Assembly: GCA_964016885.1 (NCBI GenBank)
Contig: OZ024745.1
Span: forward strand, 98,332,001 to 98,396,000
Direction of reading: 5' to 3'
DNA: 64,000 nucleotides
Origin: Eledone cirrhosa
Taxonomy: Eukaryota
Shown here piece by piece: positions 41,676 through 56,992 of this stretch (position 1 is its first letter; every line of letters starts with the position of its first letter). Below the pieces are notes generated by a model. It had not been told where the DNA came from and made no database searches. It saw only the letters and a list, made by a program, of their open reading frames with translations. The translations under genes were made by a program, and so were the position numbers.

Positions 41676-44600
41676 AGTTGAGCTACATTACGCGGTAAGA
41701 TTACATACATTAATTCTACATAAGTGTTTGAACTGTAAGTGGGTTGTAAAACTCCTATTTATATGAACGATACATACACTTATGATATATGAACGATACA
41801 TACACTTAAACATATAAATGCAAAGTTGTTATATTACATTTGTAAAGAAATATGCAAGTAACGTTTTCGATTCAGAAACAAAAACATAAGTGTTTGAACT
41901 GTGAATATGTTGTAGAACACCTATTTATATGAATGATACATAAACTTTAACATATAAATACAGCGTTGTCATATTATACTACATTCATAACGAAATATAC
42001 TAAGTAACGGTTCTTTTTGTTCTCAATTCAAACGATTCAAGAACAACGTTTAAAACACAGTTGTAGAATTAAAAACTAACTGAAAAGAAATATTACCCAA
42101 GCTGTGAATAACTTTAAATTAGATTCTGACAGAACTGTGTCGAAACTTTTAAAGAAGATCATCGACTATTTTGAAAAATAAATACAAAATATTAGTGAAT
42201 AGACGAACTCATCATGGCAAAACGTACAAGTCTCCTTCGACCAAATCGCAACTACAACCGTTGTATACAGTGGAGCTACGAGCTTAACAAAGAATTATAT
42301 GAAGCATACAAACAATCAGAACCCCAAAAGTTCGGTTTTATGCAAAGGCTAAAAACTTTATGGAACTCCAAACACCCAGAATTAGACTTTTCTCCAAAGC
42401 ATTTAAATGAACAGGCAAAACGTATCACTAGATGTAAATTGATACATCTAACGGAATTGAGTGATACTACAAATACAGCCCTTGTAGACAACCACCCCAC
42501 CTCCACTGACAGACAAAGAGAATGGCCAGCTAAATCTAACAGTGAACAGCTCACCAACAATTTTGCTGAAATCCATCCCACTTCCACTGAAGAACAGCGA
42601 GAATGGTCAGCTAACTCTAGTAGTAATTGTCACCACATCAACAACGAGGCTGAAATTCATGACTCTACTGTACAAACAGAACACCAAAAACTTGTGGATA
42701 CCTTACAAGTGATATGGGACGATATGTTTCAAGAGATACACAGCCTTAATGTGAGTGACAGACCATACAACACCAGAATCAGTTAAGAACCCACTAAATT
42801 GGAATTGGAAGCAGTGAACGAAATAGCTGACAATTATCTGAAGGCTATACGATCTAAAGGTGTAGAAACGACATTTGAAACGCTTAACCTTTTTGTTATA
42901 TGTTTCAGCTGTCACATTGCTATCATATAACAAACATCTAAAACCACGCAATCAAGATACAAACAAAAAGCCTGAACCAGCGTGGATGCGAAATTTAAAA
43001 AGCAAAATTTTGTCCCTGAGACGAAGTATCTCACACATCCTAGTCGTTATGAAATGCAACATAGAGAGCAACTTCACACGACACCAGGAAGACCTAAAAG
43101 AAAGGTTAGAGAGACGATTTTGAGATACAAAATTTAAAACTTTAAACTCCAAATTACACCAGTTGAAACAACAACTCACAGCTACAACAGAAAGACTAAA
43201 ATATAAGTCAACAGCACATAAACGACAAGTGCTAAATAGATTGTTTGCCAGAGATCCTAAATCAGTTTATCGCAGCTTCGGTGGCAAAAGCTCAATCTCT
43301 GTAAATGACATCCCTTCAAAAGAACAGGTTGAGAGCTACTGGAGATCTGTATGGGAAACGGATGACGGATTCAACAGACAAACTAATTGACTAAAAGAAC
43401 TGGAACAGGACTACTGCCAACATGTCCAGACAAAACAATATGACATAGATGGGTCAATACTGGAAACAGCTCTACAGAAAATGTCAAATAGGAAATCACC
43501 AGGCCCAGACCTCATTACAGGATACTGGTTGAAGAATTTCACTTTCTATCGGCAAGATCTCATACGGCTGTTTACAAAAACCATTAAAGGCACACAAGAA
43601 CTGCCCAGATGGTTATCAACTGCCACTACTCTCCTCATTCCCCAAAATAGCCAAACCACCCTTGCTAAAAATTACGGCCCTATAGCCTGCCAAAACATCA
43701 TGTATAAATTATATACTGGGTGCCTTAACCTGTTCTTACAGGATCACTGTGATACCAACAACATCATAACACCTGAGAAAGCTGGTGGAAAGAGGGAGGT
43801 GTGGGGTTGCATAGATCACCTACTAACTAATAAAATGTTTCAAGAAAAAACAACAAAGAATCGCAGAAACATGACTGTGGTGTGGCAGGACTATCAAAAA
43901 GCATTTGATAGTACCCATTGTACCTCATGGGTGGATTGTTAAGGCTTTACAGTTAGCCAAAGTTCCACAACCATTGGTAGCTGCTGTTGAACGCCTGACC
44001 AAGAACTGGTACACCAATTTGATCCTTAGAGGTGAGAAGGTGCAAGTTAAGACTGATAAGATACATTACCAGAAGGGCATCTTTCAGGGTGATAGCTTGT
44101 CAGTGCTACTCTTCGTTCTCTCACTAAATCCACTATCTTACCTACTCAGGAAACAAGGTTGACAAAGAAGTGGGTCCAGAAGTATCCCCCATCTTTTCTT
44201 TGTTGATGACCTGAAGTTGTATGGGCCAAATATCAATGACATCAAGAAACAATTGGACCTCATTACACAATTTTCAACAGACATCAAAATGAAATTTGGT
44301 GAGTCCAAGTGTGCATATTTGGCAGTAAAACGTGGAAGAGCTGTGCCCTCCTCTAGAAATCTAGAGATGAACGGCCTGACAATACAACCTCTACAGTCAG
44401 GTGACAACTACAGATATCTTGGACAGGATGAGAATGTCAGATATGATGGACCCAGAACTGAATACCTCAGAAGAGTAAAGAAAATATGGTCATCAGAACT
44501 GCCAGCGTACAACATATACATTGCCCACAATACTTATGCTGTGCCAATTCTAACGCCAACATTTGGCCTGCTTAACTGGTAATTGCAAGAACTAAGTGAG

Positions 44601-45790
44601 ATGGATGTTAGAACTCGCAAATTTCTCAGTGTTACTGGGAACTTTAACATCAATGGTGATGTGGATAGGCTATACTTCTCACGCAAGGAAGGTGGCCGGG
44701 GTCTAAAAATCCATATTAACATCATATGAGACCCGGATAGTAACACTGAAGCAACATCTTCAACAGAGGAAAAAGGTTCGCAACCATCTTGCCCAGGTTT
44801 ATGAGCATGAAAAAAAATATGATTAGAATAGCCACTGATCTGGACGAGAGATATGGAATAAAGCCTGATATAAATCTCTCACCCAGAAAAAATCGGAAGA
44901 TCCTATTCAATGTTCAAACAAGATGAAAAAATTGACCAATTTACAGAAAAAGTTGTGCATTGATACTTGAGACGTAAAACACAGACCATAGAGGGGATAA
45001 ACCACTCAAAAAGCCTGCATGGAGTTCCGACAAGTTTATGACATCACACCTTGAGGGATATCTCTATGCAATACAGGAACAAGAACTACCTATCAAATAT
45101 CTGCTGCACAAAAGGGGAGGGCTATCAGCTGACAATAAATGTAAGTTATGTAAAACAAAGATCGAGGATGTAAGCCACATTGTTGCCAACTGCGAAAGAA
45201 TGTCATCTCGCTACTACCTCTCCATGAGACACGATGGGATAGCTAGAACCATCTGGAACGCACTTCGGAAAACAAAATTAACAACAAACGAGGAAGAATA
45301 TATTGAGACAGATGGCACTAAGGAATACTGGTGGAACCTGAAAATAAAAACTGCCACCAAATTAAAGCACAACCGGCCTGATATTGTTGTTTGGGACCAC
45401 ACATTGAAAACGTGTTCTGTTGTGAAGATCAGCTGCCCACTTGATGTAAACGTTGTCAGAAAAATACAGGAGAAGGAGAACATCTACGGACCATTGATGA
45501 GGAGTTTACAAATCCAGTATCCAAGATACACCTTTAACTTCATACCCATCATTATTGGAGCTACGGGCTATATACCAACCCGCTTGGACCAAAGTATGAC
45601 TGAACTTGGATTTGCGGACAAAGAGCGCAGCTCCCTAATTCATAGTCTACAGATAGCTGCGATAGCTGGCACCTTCAAAATTTGCAAAACATTCTTGCGA
45701 TTCAAGGGATGACAATTTCTTTTCTTTTAAACCTTGCCAACAGGAAGGTGGCCGGTCAAAAAGATATACTCGAAATTAAGAGAAAGAGAT
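41676..45790 (+). mobile_element. R4/Dong-like element, family B (near full-length, decayed)
   Basis: KSPGPDLITGYW, NYGPIACQN, GIFQGDSLS, FVDDLKLY, CKLC..HIVANC, RHD, NRPDIVVWD motifs; starts after (CATA)n and ends before ACATATATACATACATA. Confidence 0.88.
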
Positions 45791-45810
45791 AACATATATA
45801 CATACATAGA

Positions 45811-48800
45811 CAGTCAACGCGATCAGTCGTATATTTTGGCGTGGGAGACTATTTATTAAATTTAAGATGAATACTATCTCCGACACAACTACAGTCAGGT
45901 TGAATAACTGGTTATTCTTCTAACTAGCCCTTCTGAAGACACCTTTTATTCGAATTCGTAGAAATATCCGACTAAATACATAATTCATTTTACAAGGATT
46001 TGCTACAAACAGCATGGCTGAACACAACATCAACAAAAAAATTAAGGAAGTACCGAAGACAAATAACAAGGAAGGTAATCAAACTTTATTCAGTTGTAGC
46101 TACAGAAGAAAACAAAATTATAAATCGCATTTCTCTTGGAGTTGCGAACTTAATAATGATTTATTTAATTGTTATAAAATGGCAAAAAAACAATCCCTCC
46201 ATTGGCTATATGAATAGAATGAAGCTACACTGGGACGAAATACAACCAGAGCTAAATCACTTCACAGCGAAACAATTACGCCAACAAGCGACGTTTGTTG
46301 AACGTAAAAATAAGATAAATATTATTAATTGTAAGTCGCCAACAACAAACATGTTATCAACAACACGTGTTACAGGTCGTCATGCTACTAGACTTCCTAG
46401 CAGCCAGGTCAAACAGCGTCTTGAAACAACGATGCCTGTAAGAAATTTGACACCACCTGTACCATCTAAGTCTACCTCGAATGCTGGGGAAACCCTATCG
46501 ATAATAATAATAATCGAAGAAATTTGACACCACGTGTACCATCCGTGTCTACCTCGACTATTGTGGAAAATACTATCGATAATGATAATCAAAAGTATAA
46601 ACAATTGAAAAATGAACGAAATCTTCCAGAGAGAAATTAACTCATGTATAAATATCTCTCTTGTTGAACGTGTTAAAACGACAATGTTGAACAAAAAACC
46701 AAATATTGAAATATTACGTGTTATTGACGAAATAGGGGATGAATATTTACGACGGATAAAAACACCAACATTTTGACAAATCAACGCCTGTTTATATGCC
46801 TTAGCAATGACAGTGAAGCATTTATCTTGGTGATAGTAGAGATATTAACAAGAACAAAACACCACCAAAAATACCATCATATATAACTAAAATAGAAAAA
46901 AAGTTTGCTGACCTACGAAAAAACATAGGACATGTGAAATGCTCCTTACATGCAAACAAACACACAACAACCTCACTCCTCACCAACAAAGAGTGAAAAA
47001 TAAAATAGAGACGATGTCTGGTTACAATAGAACCAGAACTCTCCAATATAAGCTGATCACCCTCAAACAAGAATTGGGAGCTGTTAGCGAAAAACGCCGA
47101 TACCTGAAGAAGGTAGATGAGAGAAAAGTGCTTAATAAAAGATTCAGACGAAACCAAACATCAGTGTATAGAGATATGAAGGGAAAAATAATAAGTGTCA
47201 CTGAGGCCCCATCCCAGAAAGACATAGATTCCTTTTGGAGAAAAATATGGGGTGAAAAGAAGAATTCCAACCAAGATGCAGTGTGGCTAAGAGAAATCCG
47301 AAAGAAATATTGTTCCTACACTACAACAAAAACATACGAAATAAGTGAGGGTACCCTTGAGACTGTGATAGGAAAACTCCAAGTTAAGAAAACACCAGGA
47401 AGAGACATGATTGTCGGCTACTGGTACAAAAAACTGATATTCTATCGGAGGTATCTTACTGACCTCTACCAACAAGTTCTTAAGGGAAATACACTTATAC
47501 CAGAATGGTTGACATTAGCACAAACGTAACTGGTCCCCAAGAACAAAGACACCCACTTGGCAAAACACTACCGACCCATTGCATGCCACAACCTGATGTA
47601 TAAGATGTATACAGCCTGCCAGCACCTGATGTATAAGATGTATACAACCTGCCTGAACCTATTCCTCCAAAATCACTGTGAAAATAATAGTATCATCACA
47701 GATGAACAAGCAGCTGGATAGAAAGGGATTTGGGGATGTGCTGAACAACTCCTAATCAACAAAACTGCGATGTCGGAGGTGCGACAACTTAGGAGGAATA
47801 TGACTACAGTCTGGCTGGACTACAGAAAAGCTTTTGATTCTGTTCCCCACTCTTGGATGATAGAGGCTCTCCAACTTGCTAAAGTCCCAGACATTATTGT
47901 CAGAGCCATAGAGAGGCTGTCTTCTTCTCAGGCTACTATCCTAAGGTTAAAGACAGAGAGGGAGGACTCTATTTTACTGATAAAATAAAATATTGCATGG
48001 GTATATTTCAGGGGGACTGTCTCTCTGTGATATTATTCATCTTGTCATTAAACCCCTTGTCCTTTCTGCTCAAGAAACGTGAGGGATACATCATTGGCAC
48101 ACAGGGGGACAGAAATACGAACCTAACCCATAATTTCTTTGTGGACGATCTGAAACTCTATGCCAAGAACATGGATGGGATGAAGAAATATCTTGACCTG
48201 GTCACAACGTTCTCAAAGGATATAGGAATGGAGTTTGGCCAAGATAAATGCTCATACATGACTGGAAAGCGGGGAAAAACAACAACCCAATCTAGCAACA
48301 TTCTCATCAATGGCCTAACTGTTTCACCGATATCTGATGAGGACTGCCACAGATACCTGGGGATAGATGAGAACATATCCTATAATGGTATATGTAATAA
48401 AGAACGCGTAACCAGGGAATACTACACCCGATTAAGAAAGATCTGGTCATCGGAACTCTCTGCGCAAAACAAAACAGTGGTTCACAATGTGTTTGCTGTG
48501 CCTGTCCTAACACCAACGTTTGGAATACTCAATTGGACGATAGACGAAATCCGAGCAGTTGATGTTGGAACTCGAAAAATACTGAACAACACCGGAAACT
48601 TCCACATCAACAGTGACATAGACCGCCTTTACTTGAAACGCAAGCAGGGAGGAAGAGGCCTAACATCAGTCCAGACAACATTTGAATGTCGCATCATATC
48701 TCTCCGACATCTACGAGCCTCGAAGCGTAGAAGCCCGTTTATCGAGCAAGTCTATCATGAGAGTTGGGAAGGAACTCCTCGAGAGATATTCCCTGTGTGA

Positions 48801-49297
48801 TAATCAAAATCTCACACCCAGGGATGTCGCTCAGCAGTATCGCAGTGAATCCATGGATGAAAAACTGCATGCCTATCAGCAAAAAATCATGCATGGATAT
48901 GTTGCCAGGAAGCTCCAGAGTGAGAGTAATATAGATAAGGAAAGTAGTCTATCTTGGACCAACAACCGCTATATTGGCTCCCACTTTGAAGGATACGCTT
49001 TTGCAATCCAGGAACAGGAGATTAGCACGAAATACCTGATTCACAAAAGAGATAGGGATGCAGGCAAAACACCTAGATGTGATAACATGTGCAGACTCTG
49101 CAGAACTAACATCGAGGATATCACCCATGTCATCAGCAGCTGTCCAAAGATGTCATCGCGGTACTATCTACTTGTGCAGCATGATGTAGTGGCCAAAACA
49201 CTGTACAATGCAATTCGTAAAAAAGTTAGCCCCGATAATAAACACATTAAAAGCTACAACAATGTGGAAGACATCCATGTACATAATATGAGAAGTA
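45811..49297 (+). mobile_element. R4/Dong-like family A copy 2 (3' end replaced)
   Basis: Same 5' start CAGTCAACGCGATCAGTC and collinear with 6502-10400. Confidence 0.88.
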
Positions 49298-49468
49298 CGG
49301 CCTGATATTGTTGTTTCGGACCACACATTGAAAACGTGCTCTGTTGTAGAGATCAGCTGTCCACTTGATGTCAACGTTGGAACAAAAATACAAGAGGAGG
49401 ACATCTATGGACCATTATTGAGGAGTTTGCAGATCCAGTATCCAAGATACACCTTCAGCTTCATACAC
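49298..49468 (+). mobile_element. Family B Dong endonuclease fragment fused to family A copy 2
   Basis: Matches 45374-45548 (CGGCCTGATATTGTTGTTT.GGACCACACATTGAAAACGTG...). Confidence 0.85.
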
Positions 49469-49969
49469 AATTGCACGGCTGTTGATTCTCCTGCAGTCAA
49501 CCAACCTTTCCTTCTGGAATTTGTATTTTTATTTTTGTTATGTGAGTTTGCATGGGCACATACATACTTATATTTGAACACGTATTATTTGAGAAAGAAT
49601 GAAATAAATTATTCCCATGTTACTAGAAAGATACGTTCAATAATTGAAAGAGCGAACGTTGGTAATTCCTATGTCCTTTGGCAGAACTTAATTACCGTGC
49701 TGCATTGGGAGTTTCATAATGTATTTAGTCCCACAGTTATCACTGGAGACTGGGTCCTCATATGAAGGTGTTGTATTATAAGTTTGATAATGTATTGAGT
49801 GATGGAGTTACCACTGAAGACTGTGTACTCATATGTAATGTATCTAAACAAAGTAAGCTTGGTGGATCCCCATCTAATGCTACATACAGTGTTGAACTCT
49901 AACACTGCAAGCTAACAGAGGATATGTTTGTTTTACTGTATAGTCACTACACACCGAAGCTTTATAATA

Positions 49970-50170
49970 AAGATTTCCACTTTAGGCACAAGGTCAGCAA
50001 CTTGGGGTAGGGGGGAAGTCGTTTAAACCGACTTCGGTACTTGGCTGGTACATAATTTTATCGACCCTGAATGGAAGAAAAGCAAAGTTGACAACGATAG
50101 GATTTGAACTCAGAATCTAAAAAATACTGCTTCACAGTTGTCCAACGTTCTCAATACTCGGGCAATCCAT
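49970..50170 (-). mobile_element. Diverged SINE family 1 copy
   Basis: TTTAGGCACAAGG...TTTTATCGACCC...GATTTGAACTCAGAA. Confidence 0.65.
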
Positions 50171-51258
50171 TGCAGTGTAGAACTTGTTTGAATCTTTATG
50201 AACATAACCATCTGGATTGACAGTTTTGAACATAGGTAGAGTACATTGCTACTATGAGGGTAGGAACTTTCAAACACTGGATACAAATTGCAATTCTTCC
50301 CTTGCTATTCGTATTGAACACAGAATTAACATAAATCTGGGTTCTTCGATATAATCGAAAATTACAAATCAAACATGACAACGCCAGTGGCAATTTATTC
50401 CTGCAGCAGAATGACTCATGGTGACTGCACAATTCACTTCCGGTTTACGTACATGCTGTGTATTATGGTGCAGACTATAAAGTGGATATTAGCTGCAGAG
50501 CTTTTACAATCAAATTGGATACTTTATGATGTCCTACTTTGCAACATCGTGATTCTGATATCAAATTCTGCTAAGGTCAACTTAATATTATTCATTTCAG
50601 GATCAATATTCTTGGAAAGTTTGTTGCCATGGATGATACAACTTATTACAGAGTGAAGTTATCGTTTAGTATTTAATGTTGATCTTTCAGTTCTTGTCTC
50701 AACCTTCTAAAGCTGGCAAAATATGGACATGCTCTAGTTATATACTAAGTTCGATTCATCTGTCAATAATTATATTTTGCCGAGTCAGAAGAAATTAAAC
50801 GGAATGGAAAGGGCCTCTGTGAGCTTCGACGTTGAGCGGTTTAGTTATTCTATCATCGGAACAGCCTGCTTGTGATATTAATGTGTAAGTGACTGAGCAT
50901 TCCACAAGCATTTTCTGTCTGCCCTATTTCACTCACAATGCATGGGTCAACTCGATGCTATGGTAAATGACACTTGTCCGAGATGTCAGGCAGCGAGATC
51001 GAACCGGTGATCTAATGATTGCGAAACGGATATCTTAACCATTCGGCTATGTTATGACCGACTTAAAAGAAACAAAATATTGTAGAGTATAAATTTTGGG
51101 AAGCGGTTAGCGTAAGACCAATGTATCGGGTGACTATGTTTTGATAATTATGTAGTATAGCATGTAGTAGTATAGCTTGTAGATGTGACACAATTTCTTC
51201 TCAATCTACAGGATACTGAGCAGAGATCGTCGTATGTATAGCTAACGACTCTTACTAG

Positions 51259-51292
<34 letters not shown>

Positions 51293-53222
51293 CTTTTATT
51301 TGCCACTAGGGCATCAAAAGTGGGACAAGTACAAAGGGGGGAGTTTACACAAAAAGGCGTCCTCAATAAGGAGGAGGCAATAACAAAATATAAAAATAAA
51401 ATAAGATATAACAAAAAATAAAATTTATAACAAAATCCTCAATAGAGAGGAGGCGCCTTGGGGGGTCGCACACACCCCCGAAAAAAGTGTGCAACCCTTC
51501 TCCTCAGGAGCACAGAGAAGGGGTGCTCCCTTGGTCTTTCATCTTCCTCACCTATAGTCTGATGTAGAGTGAAGGCCCATTCACACGGGCCATTCTCGCC
51601 ACTTTCACCCATCTTTCATAGAAACGGCTGGGGTGCAGCACCTCTCTCTCCATCCTGATCCTTCTTCCGAAATGATATCGGAAGAAACGGACCAGTTGTT
51701 GGCCAGAGAGAAAGGTGCCTGACCTCAGTCCTTTCAGACGCGTCCACCATACAACCTCTTTCGCCATGGCTATTACGCACAGAAACACCGCCTCTGCTTC
51801 ATCTTTGAAGGGGGGAGGCGGCTTGATCATTACAATAGACTCGGTGGTCAACCGGATCGGTCCCACCCTTGACAGCAGTTGTTCGACATAGCCCCACAGA
51901 TCGGCTACGCCCGAGCAGTGTACCAATGCGTGTGTAACGGTTTCCTCGTCGCACACGCATCTGGGACAGATCTTTTTGGCGGGGTCCCTACCCGGGCGCC
52001 CGTGTCTGTAGAGCCTTTCTCGAACGGGTAAAGCCCCTCGGTAGCACTGCCAGGCCAGGGACTTCTGGAAGTTGTCCATAGGTCCTGGGCTGAATGTCCT
52101 ACCGAACAGGCTGGCAGTTCGTCCTCCTCCATGTCTAGGGCTTCTCCGAGGGCGTCGTCGCACCTGCTGCGTACCAGCCCTCTATAGAATGTTGCGGTGG
52201 AGTCTCCACTGATAACCGGATCCGCCTGCCAGAGGGCGGTGAGCGCCTGGGCACACTCAGTGTGCCAGGCGCCCAGTTTTCTCGGTCTTTGCTTGACCCA
52301 GGATTGCAGCTCGGTGAGTGAGACGAGTCTGGGAAAGGTTCGTCTCACAAACGAGGCCCACACCGGTTGTCCGGTGAGGAATACGTAGAGGTGCCGTAGC
52401 CTTAATGCGTGTTTACGCATCATTAGCCACGGCATCCCCAGCCCTCCTTTCGAAGGGTGTTGACAGCAGATGGATCTCCTCACCATAGGAGCCCGCCTCT
52501 TCCAAAGGAATTGGAAGAGCGCGCGCTCCATCTTGGTGAGGGTTTCCCTTGGGCAGGGCACTACGGTCAGGCGGTAGTAGATGACGGACGCTATGTAGGT
52601 GTTCGCCACCTCCGCCCGACCTTTCAGGGATAGTTTGCAACTGGCCCACTTCTGGGTCAGTGCAAACACCCTGTTCGTCACCTCCGCCCAGTTTTTCTCC
52701 ACCTGGAGGTCCGGTCCGAACCAGACCCCGAGCAACTTCACCGGGCCCTCCGTCCAGCGTCCGACGACGCCATCGGAGGGCATCGGTCTGCCCCTCCACG
52801 TGCCGAGTTGCAAACCGATCGACTTGTCCCGGTTCAGCTTAGCCCCTGTGAACTTTTCGTACTCCTCCAGTAAGGTGCCGACCGCCTCGATTTCGGAGGC
52901 CGTCGACACCATTACTGTCACGTCATCGGCGTAGGCCGACACCGCTTTCCGCAATCCCGGTTCCAAAGGGATGCCCTGCAACAACTCCAACTTCCGCAGT
53001 AGTGGCTCGAGAGTCAACACATACAGAAGGGAGGAGAGAGGGCACCCTTGTCGGATGGACCGCGCGATTTTGAACGGCTCCGAGAGGTAGCCGTTCACCT
53101 TGACCCTAGAGCAGATGCGGCTGCTGTGCATAGCAGTGATCCAGCCCCTGAAAACGGGTCCGAAGCCTGCCGCCGCTAGCACCGCATCCAGGTAACCATG
53201 GTCGACCCTATCGAACGCCTTC
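51259..53222 (-). mobile_element. 5'-truncated L1/Tx1-clade LINE with poly(A) tail
   Basis: RT motifs KAFDRVDH, RQGCPLS, SAYADDVTV, KLLGVWF, GGLGMP; zinc-knuckle CPRC..EETVTHALVHC; one frameshift near 52110; AATAAA and poly(A) (T-run 51259-51286). Confidence 0.92.
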
Positions 53223-53549
53223 TGTACTATAAATCAAATTAAAATCTCATCTTTATTTCAGCCATTGTATATCTAACAGTAAATTACCTGATGTATTATT
53301 TGCTTTTTAAGATGGTAAGGTGGGATTAAAAGATTTGGGGGGAAATTTGGCTGCTATTCCTAACAGGTTGAGTGAGCGCATATGGATTCTGTATTTGGCT
53401 CGTGAAGCTATCACGTTGCCTGTTGTTGTTGTTATTTGGATCGAGATCAATCCTGATCGAACCATGACAATCCCCTAGTCCAATTTACGTCCTCTTATTG
53501 GTATTACTGTTTTTAATGTTGGTTTCTGTTTCTACGTTCTTTTTGTGAA

Positions 53550-53770
53550 GGCGATTGGCTTACTGGTTAGGATGTTCAGCTAACGACCTTATGGTCCTGA
53601 GTTCGCTTCCTGGTGGCGTGTTGTGTCCTTGAGTAAGACACTTTATTTTATGTTGCTCCAATTAACTCAGCTGGGAAAAAATGAGTTGTACTCGTGATTA
53701 AAAGAGCCAGACTTCTCATACACAGTGATGCTAAATCTCTCTGAGAACTTCATTAATGGAACACGTGTCT
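53550..53770 (+). mobile_element. tRNA-derived SINE (second family)
   Basis: A/B-box-like TGGCTTACTGG...GAGTTCGCTTCC followed by GTGTCCTTGAGTAAGACACTT. Confidence 0.55.
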
Positions 53771-54041
53771 GCTGCTGCTGCTGTTGTTGTTGTTGTTTCT
53801 GTTATCTGCTGTTTTTGTTGTTGCTGTTTCTGTTACCTGTTGTTGTTGCTACTGTTATTGTGGCTGTTTCTGTTAGCCATTGTTGTTGCTGTTACTGTTA
53901 CTGTTGTCTGCTGTTGTTGTTGCTGTTAGTGTTACTGCAATTGGTTTTTTTTTTGTTGTTGCTATTATTTATGCTGTTATTGTTGCAGTTACTGTTACTG
54001 CAATTGTTATTGCTGCTGTTATTGTTGCTGTTACTGCTATC

Positions 54042-54087
<46 letters not shown>

Positions 54088-54365
54088 ACTGTTATTGCAA
54101 TCGTTGTTGTTGCTGTAACTGTTGCTGTTATTGTTGCTGCTATTGTTGCTGTTATTGTTGATCTTACTGTTGTTATTGATGCTGTTATTGCTGTTACTGT
54201 TGCTATTACTGTTGCTGTTATTTTTGCTATTATTGCTGTTACTGTTGTTGTTATTGATGTTATTCTAACTGTTATTGCTGTTGTTGTTATTGTTGTTATT
54301 GATGCTATAGCTGTTGTTGTTGTTGTTGTAGGTGCTGTTGTTGATGTTGTTGATGTTGTTGTTGC

Positions 54366-54396
<31 letters not shown>

Positions 54397-54401
54397 GATG
54401 A

Positions 54402-54441
<40 letters not shown>

Positions 54442-54830
54442 ACTCTTGATGTTGTTACTCTTGATGTTGTTACTGTTGTTGTTCCTCATGTTACCGTTAT
54501 TCAGGATGTTGTTATTATTGCAGTTATAGCTGTTATTGATGTTGTTGTTGTTGTTGATGTTATTGATGTTGTTGTTGTTGTTGTCGTCGTCTTGATGCTG
54601 TTGTTGTTGTTGTTGTAATTAACAATGATATTGTTATTGTAGTTTGGGAAATCAATTGTGCTACAACAGTTTTCAGTTATTACTGCTTAACTGTTCTGGC
54701 TGATCTACACGACGATGATGATGATGGTGGTGGTGGTGTTGGTGGTGGTGGTGGTGGTGGTGGTGGTGGTGATGGCGGCGGTGGCGGCGGTGGTGGGGGG
54801 TGGGGTGGCGGTGGGGGGGGGGGGTGATAC
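53770..54830. repeat. (TGT)n/(GGT)n low-complexity tract
   Basis: Direct reading. Confidence 0.9.
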
Positions 54831-55021
54831 AGTTATTCTCATCGATGCGTTCAACACAAAAACTGACTCAAGCCTATTGACCAAACCTAGTAAATTAGAT
54901 GTAAAGGATGTGGAGTGTGGTGGTCGGATTAGGAGAGGGAAGGGGGGAGGGGTGGGGGGGATGATAAAAAGGAGGCAATCGAAGAAAGGATATATATATA
55001 TATATATACGTACATATATAC

Positions 55022-55082
<61 letters not shown>

Positions 55083-55083
55083 C

Positions 55084-55248
<165 letters not shown>

Positions 55249-55358
55249 TATATACGTATATATATACATATATACATATATACATATATATATACATATA
55301 TACATATATATATATATATACATATATATATACATATATTATATATATATATATATAT

Positions 55359-55435
<77 letters not shown>

Positions 55436-55468
55436 TATATACGTATATATATACATATATATATACAC

Positions 55469-55501
<33 letters not shown>

Positions 55502-55669
55502 CATACATATAATGAGAGAGTGGGTGAGTGAGGAGGGGGGGTGAGAGAAGTAGGAGGAGAGAGTGAGGGTGAGGAAGAAAGGACGTTGAATAACACATTC
55601 ATAAGAACACATGACGTATTGTCATTGGAGATATGTGCCAGCAGGCATTGCTTTCAACACGTCTTACAC

Positions 55670-55750
<81 letters not shown>

Positions 55751-56041
55751 TGTGTGTGTATTTATGTATGTATATGTGTATGTATATTTATATATGTGTA
55801 TATATATGTATATTTATATATATATATATATATATATGTATATTTATATATATATATATATATATATGTGTATATATATGTATATTTATATATATATATA
55901 TGTGTATATATATGTTATACTTGGGGGGAAGGTCATATTTGTGTAATAATATTGCCAGAATTAATAACAGAACACACTCACTGTTATTAATTCATCGCCG
56001 TTATGTACATATATATATGTATATATATATGTATATTTATA

Positions 56042-56082
<41 letters not shown>

Positions 56083-56092
56083 ATGTATATAT

Positions 56093-56194
<102 letters not shown>

Positions 56195-56294
56195 CTGTGT
56201 GTATTTATATATATATATATATACTACCCAAGGAATATTCAACTGATAAGGTATGTTATACTTGGCTATGTCAAAATTTATAAAACACTCTTTG

Positions 56295-56356
56295 TATTTT
56301 ATCTGATGAAAGCTTACCAATGTTTTTGGTACCCTTGAAATATATATAATAGAATA
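56295..56356 (+). ncRNA. Type I hammerhead ribozyme, family C copy 4
   Basis: TATTTTAT-CTGATGA-AAG-CT-TACCAA..TTGGTA-CC-CTT-GAAA-TATATATA-ATAGAATA. Confidence 0.78.
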
Positions 56357-56499
56357 AATATGGTTTTATAAATATAGTTTCCATTTATTTAATATCATTG
56401 AATATTTACTCAAAAATCAGTTAAGTGCTCTGAATCAGTTATAAACATTTATATTTGTTAAATTTCCAACAAATGAAATATCCTTTCTACTTATATATA

Positions 56500-56555
<56 letters not shown>

Positions 56556-56618
56556 TATATTGATATATATATATATATACATATATATATTGATATATAT
56601 ATATATATACATATATAT

Positions 56619-56775
<157 letters not shown>

Positions 56776-56808
56776 TATATTGATATATATATATATATAC
56801 ATATATAT

Positions 56809-56904
<96 letters not shown>

Positions 56905-56922
56905 ATATATTTATATATATAT

Positions 56923-56990
<68 letters not shown>

Positions 56991-56992
<2 letters not shown>

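Noticed and set aside
49808-49866. Possible decayed hammerhead (CCACTGAAGA...TAAAC...GGTGG)
   Set aside because: GAAA is absent and stem II pairs poorly
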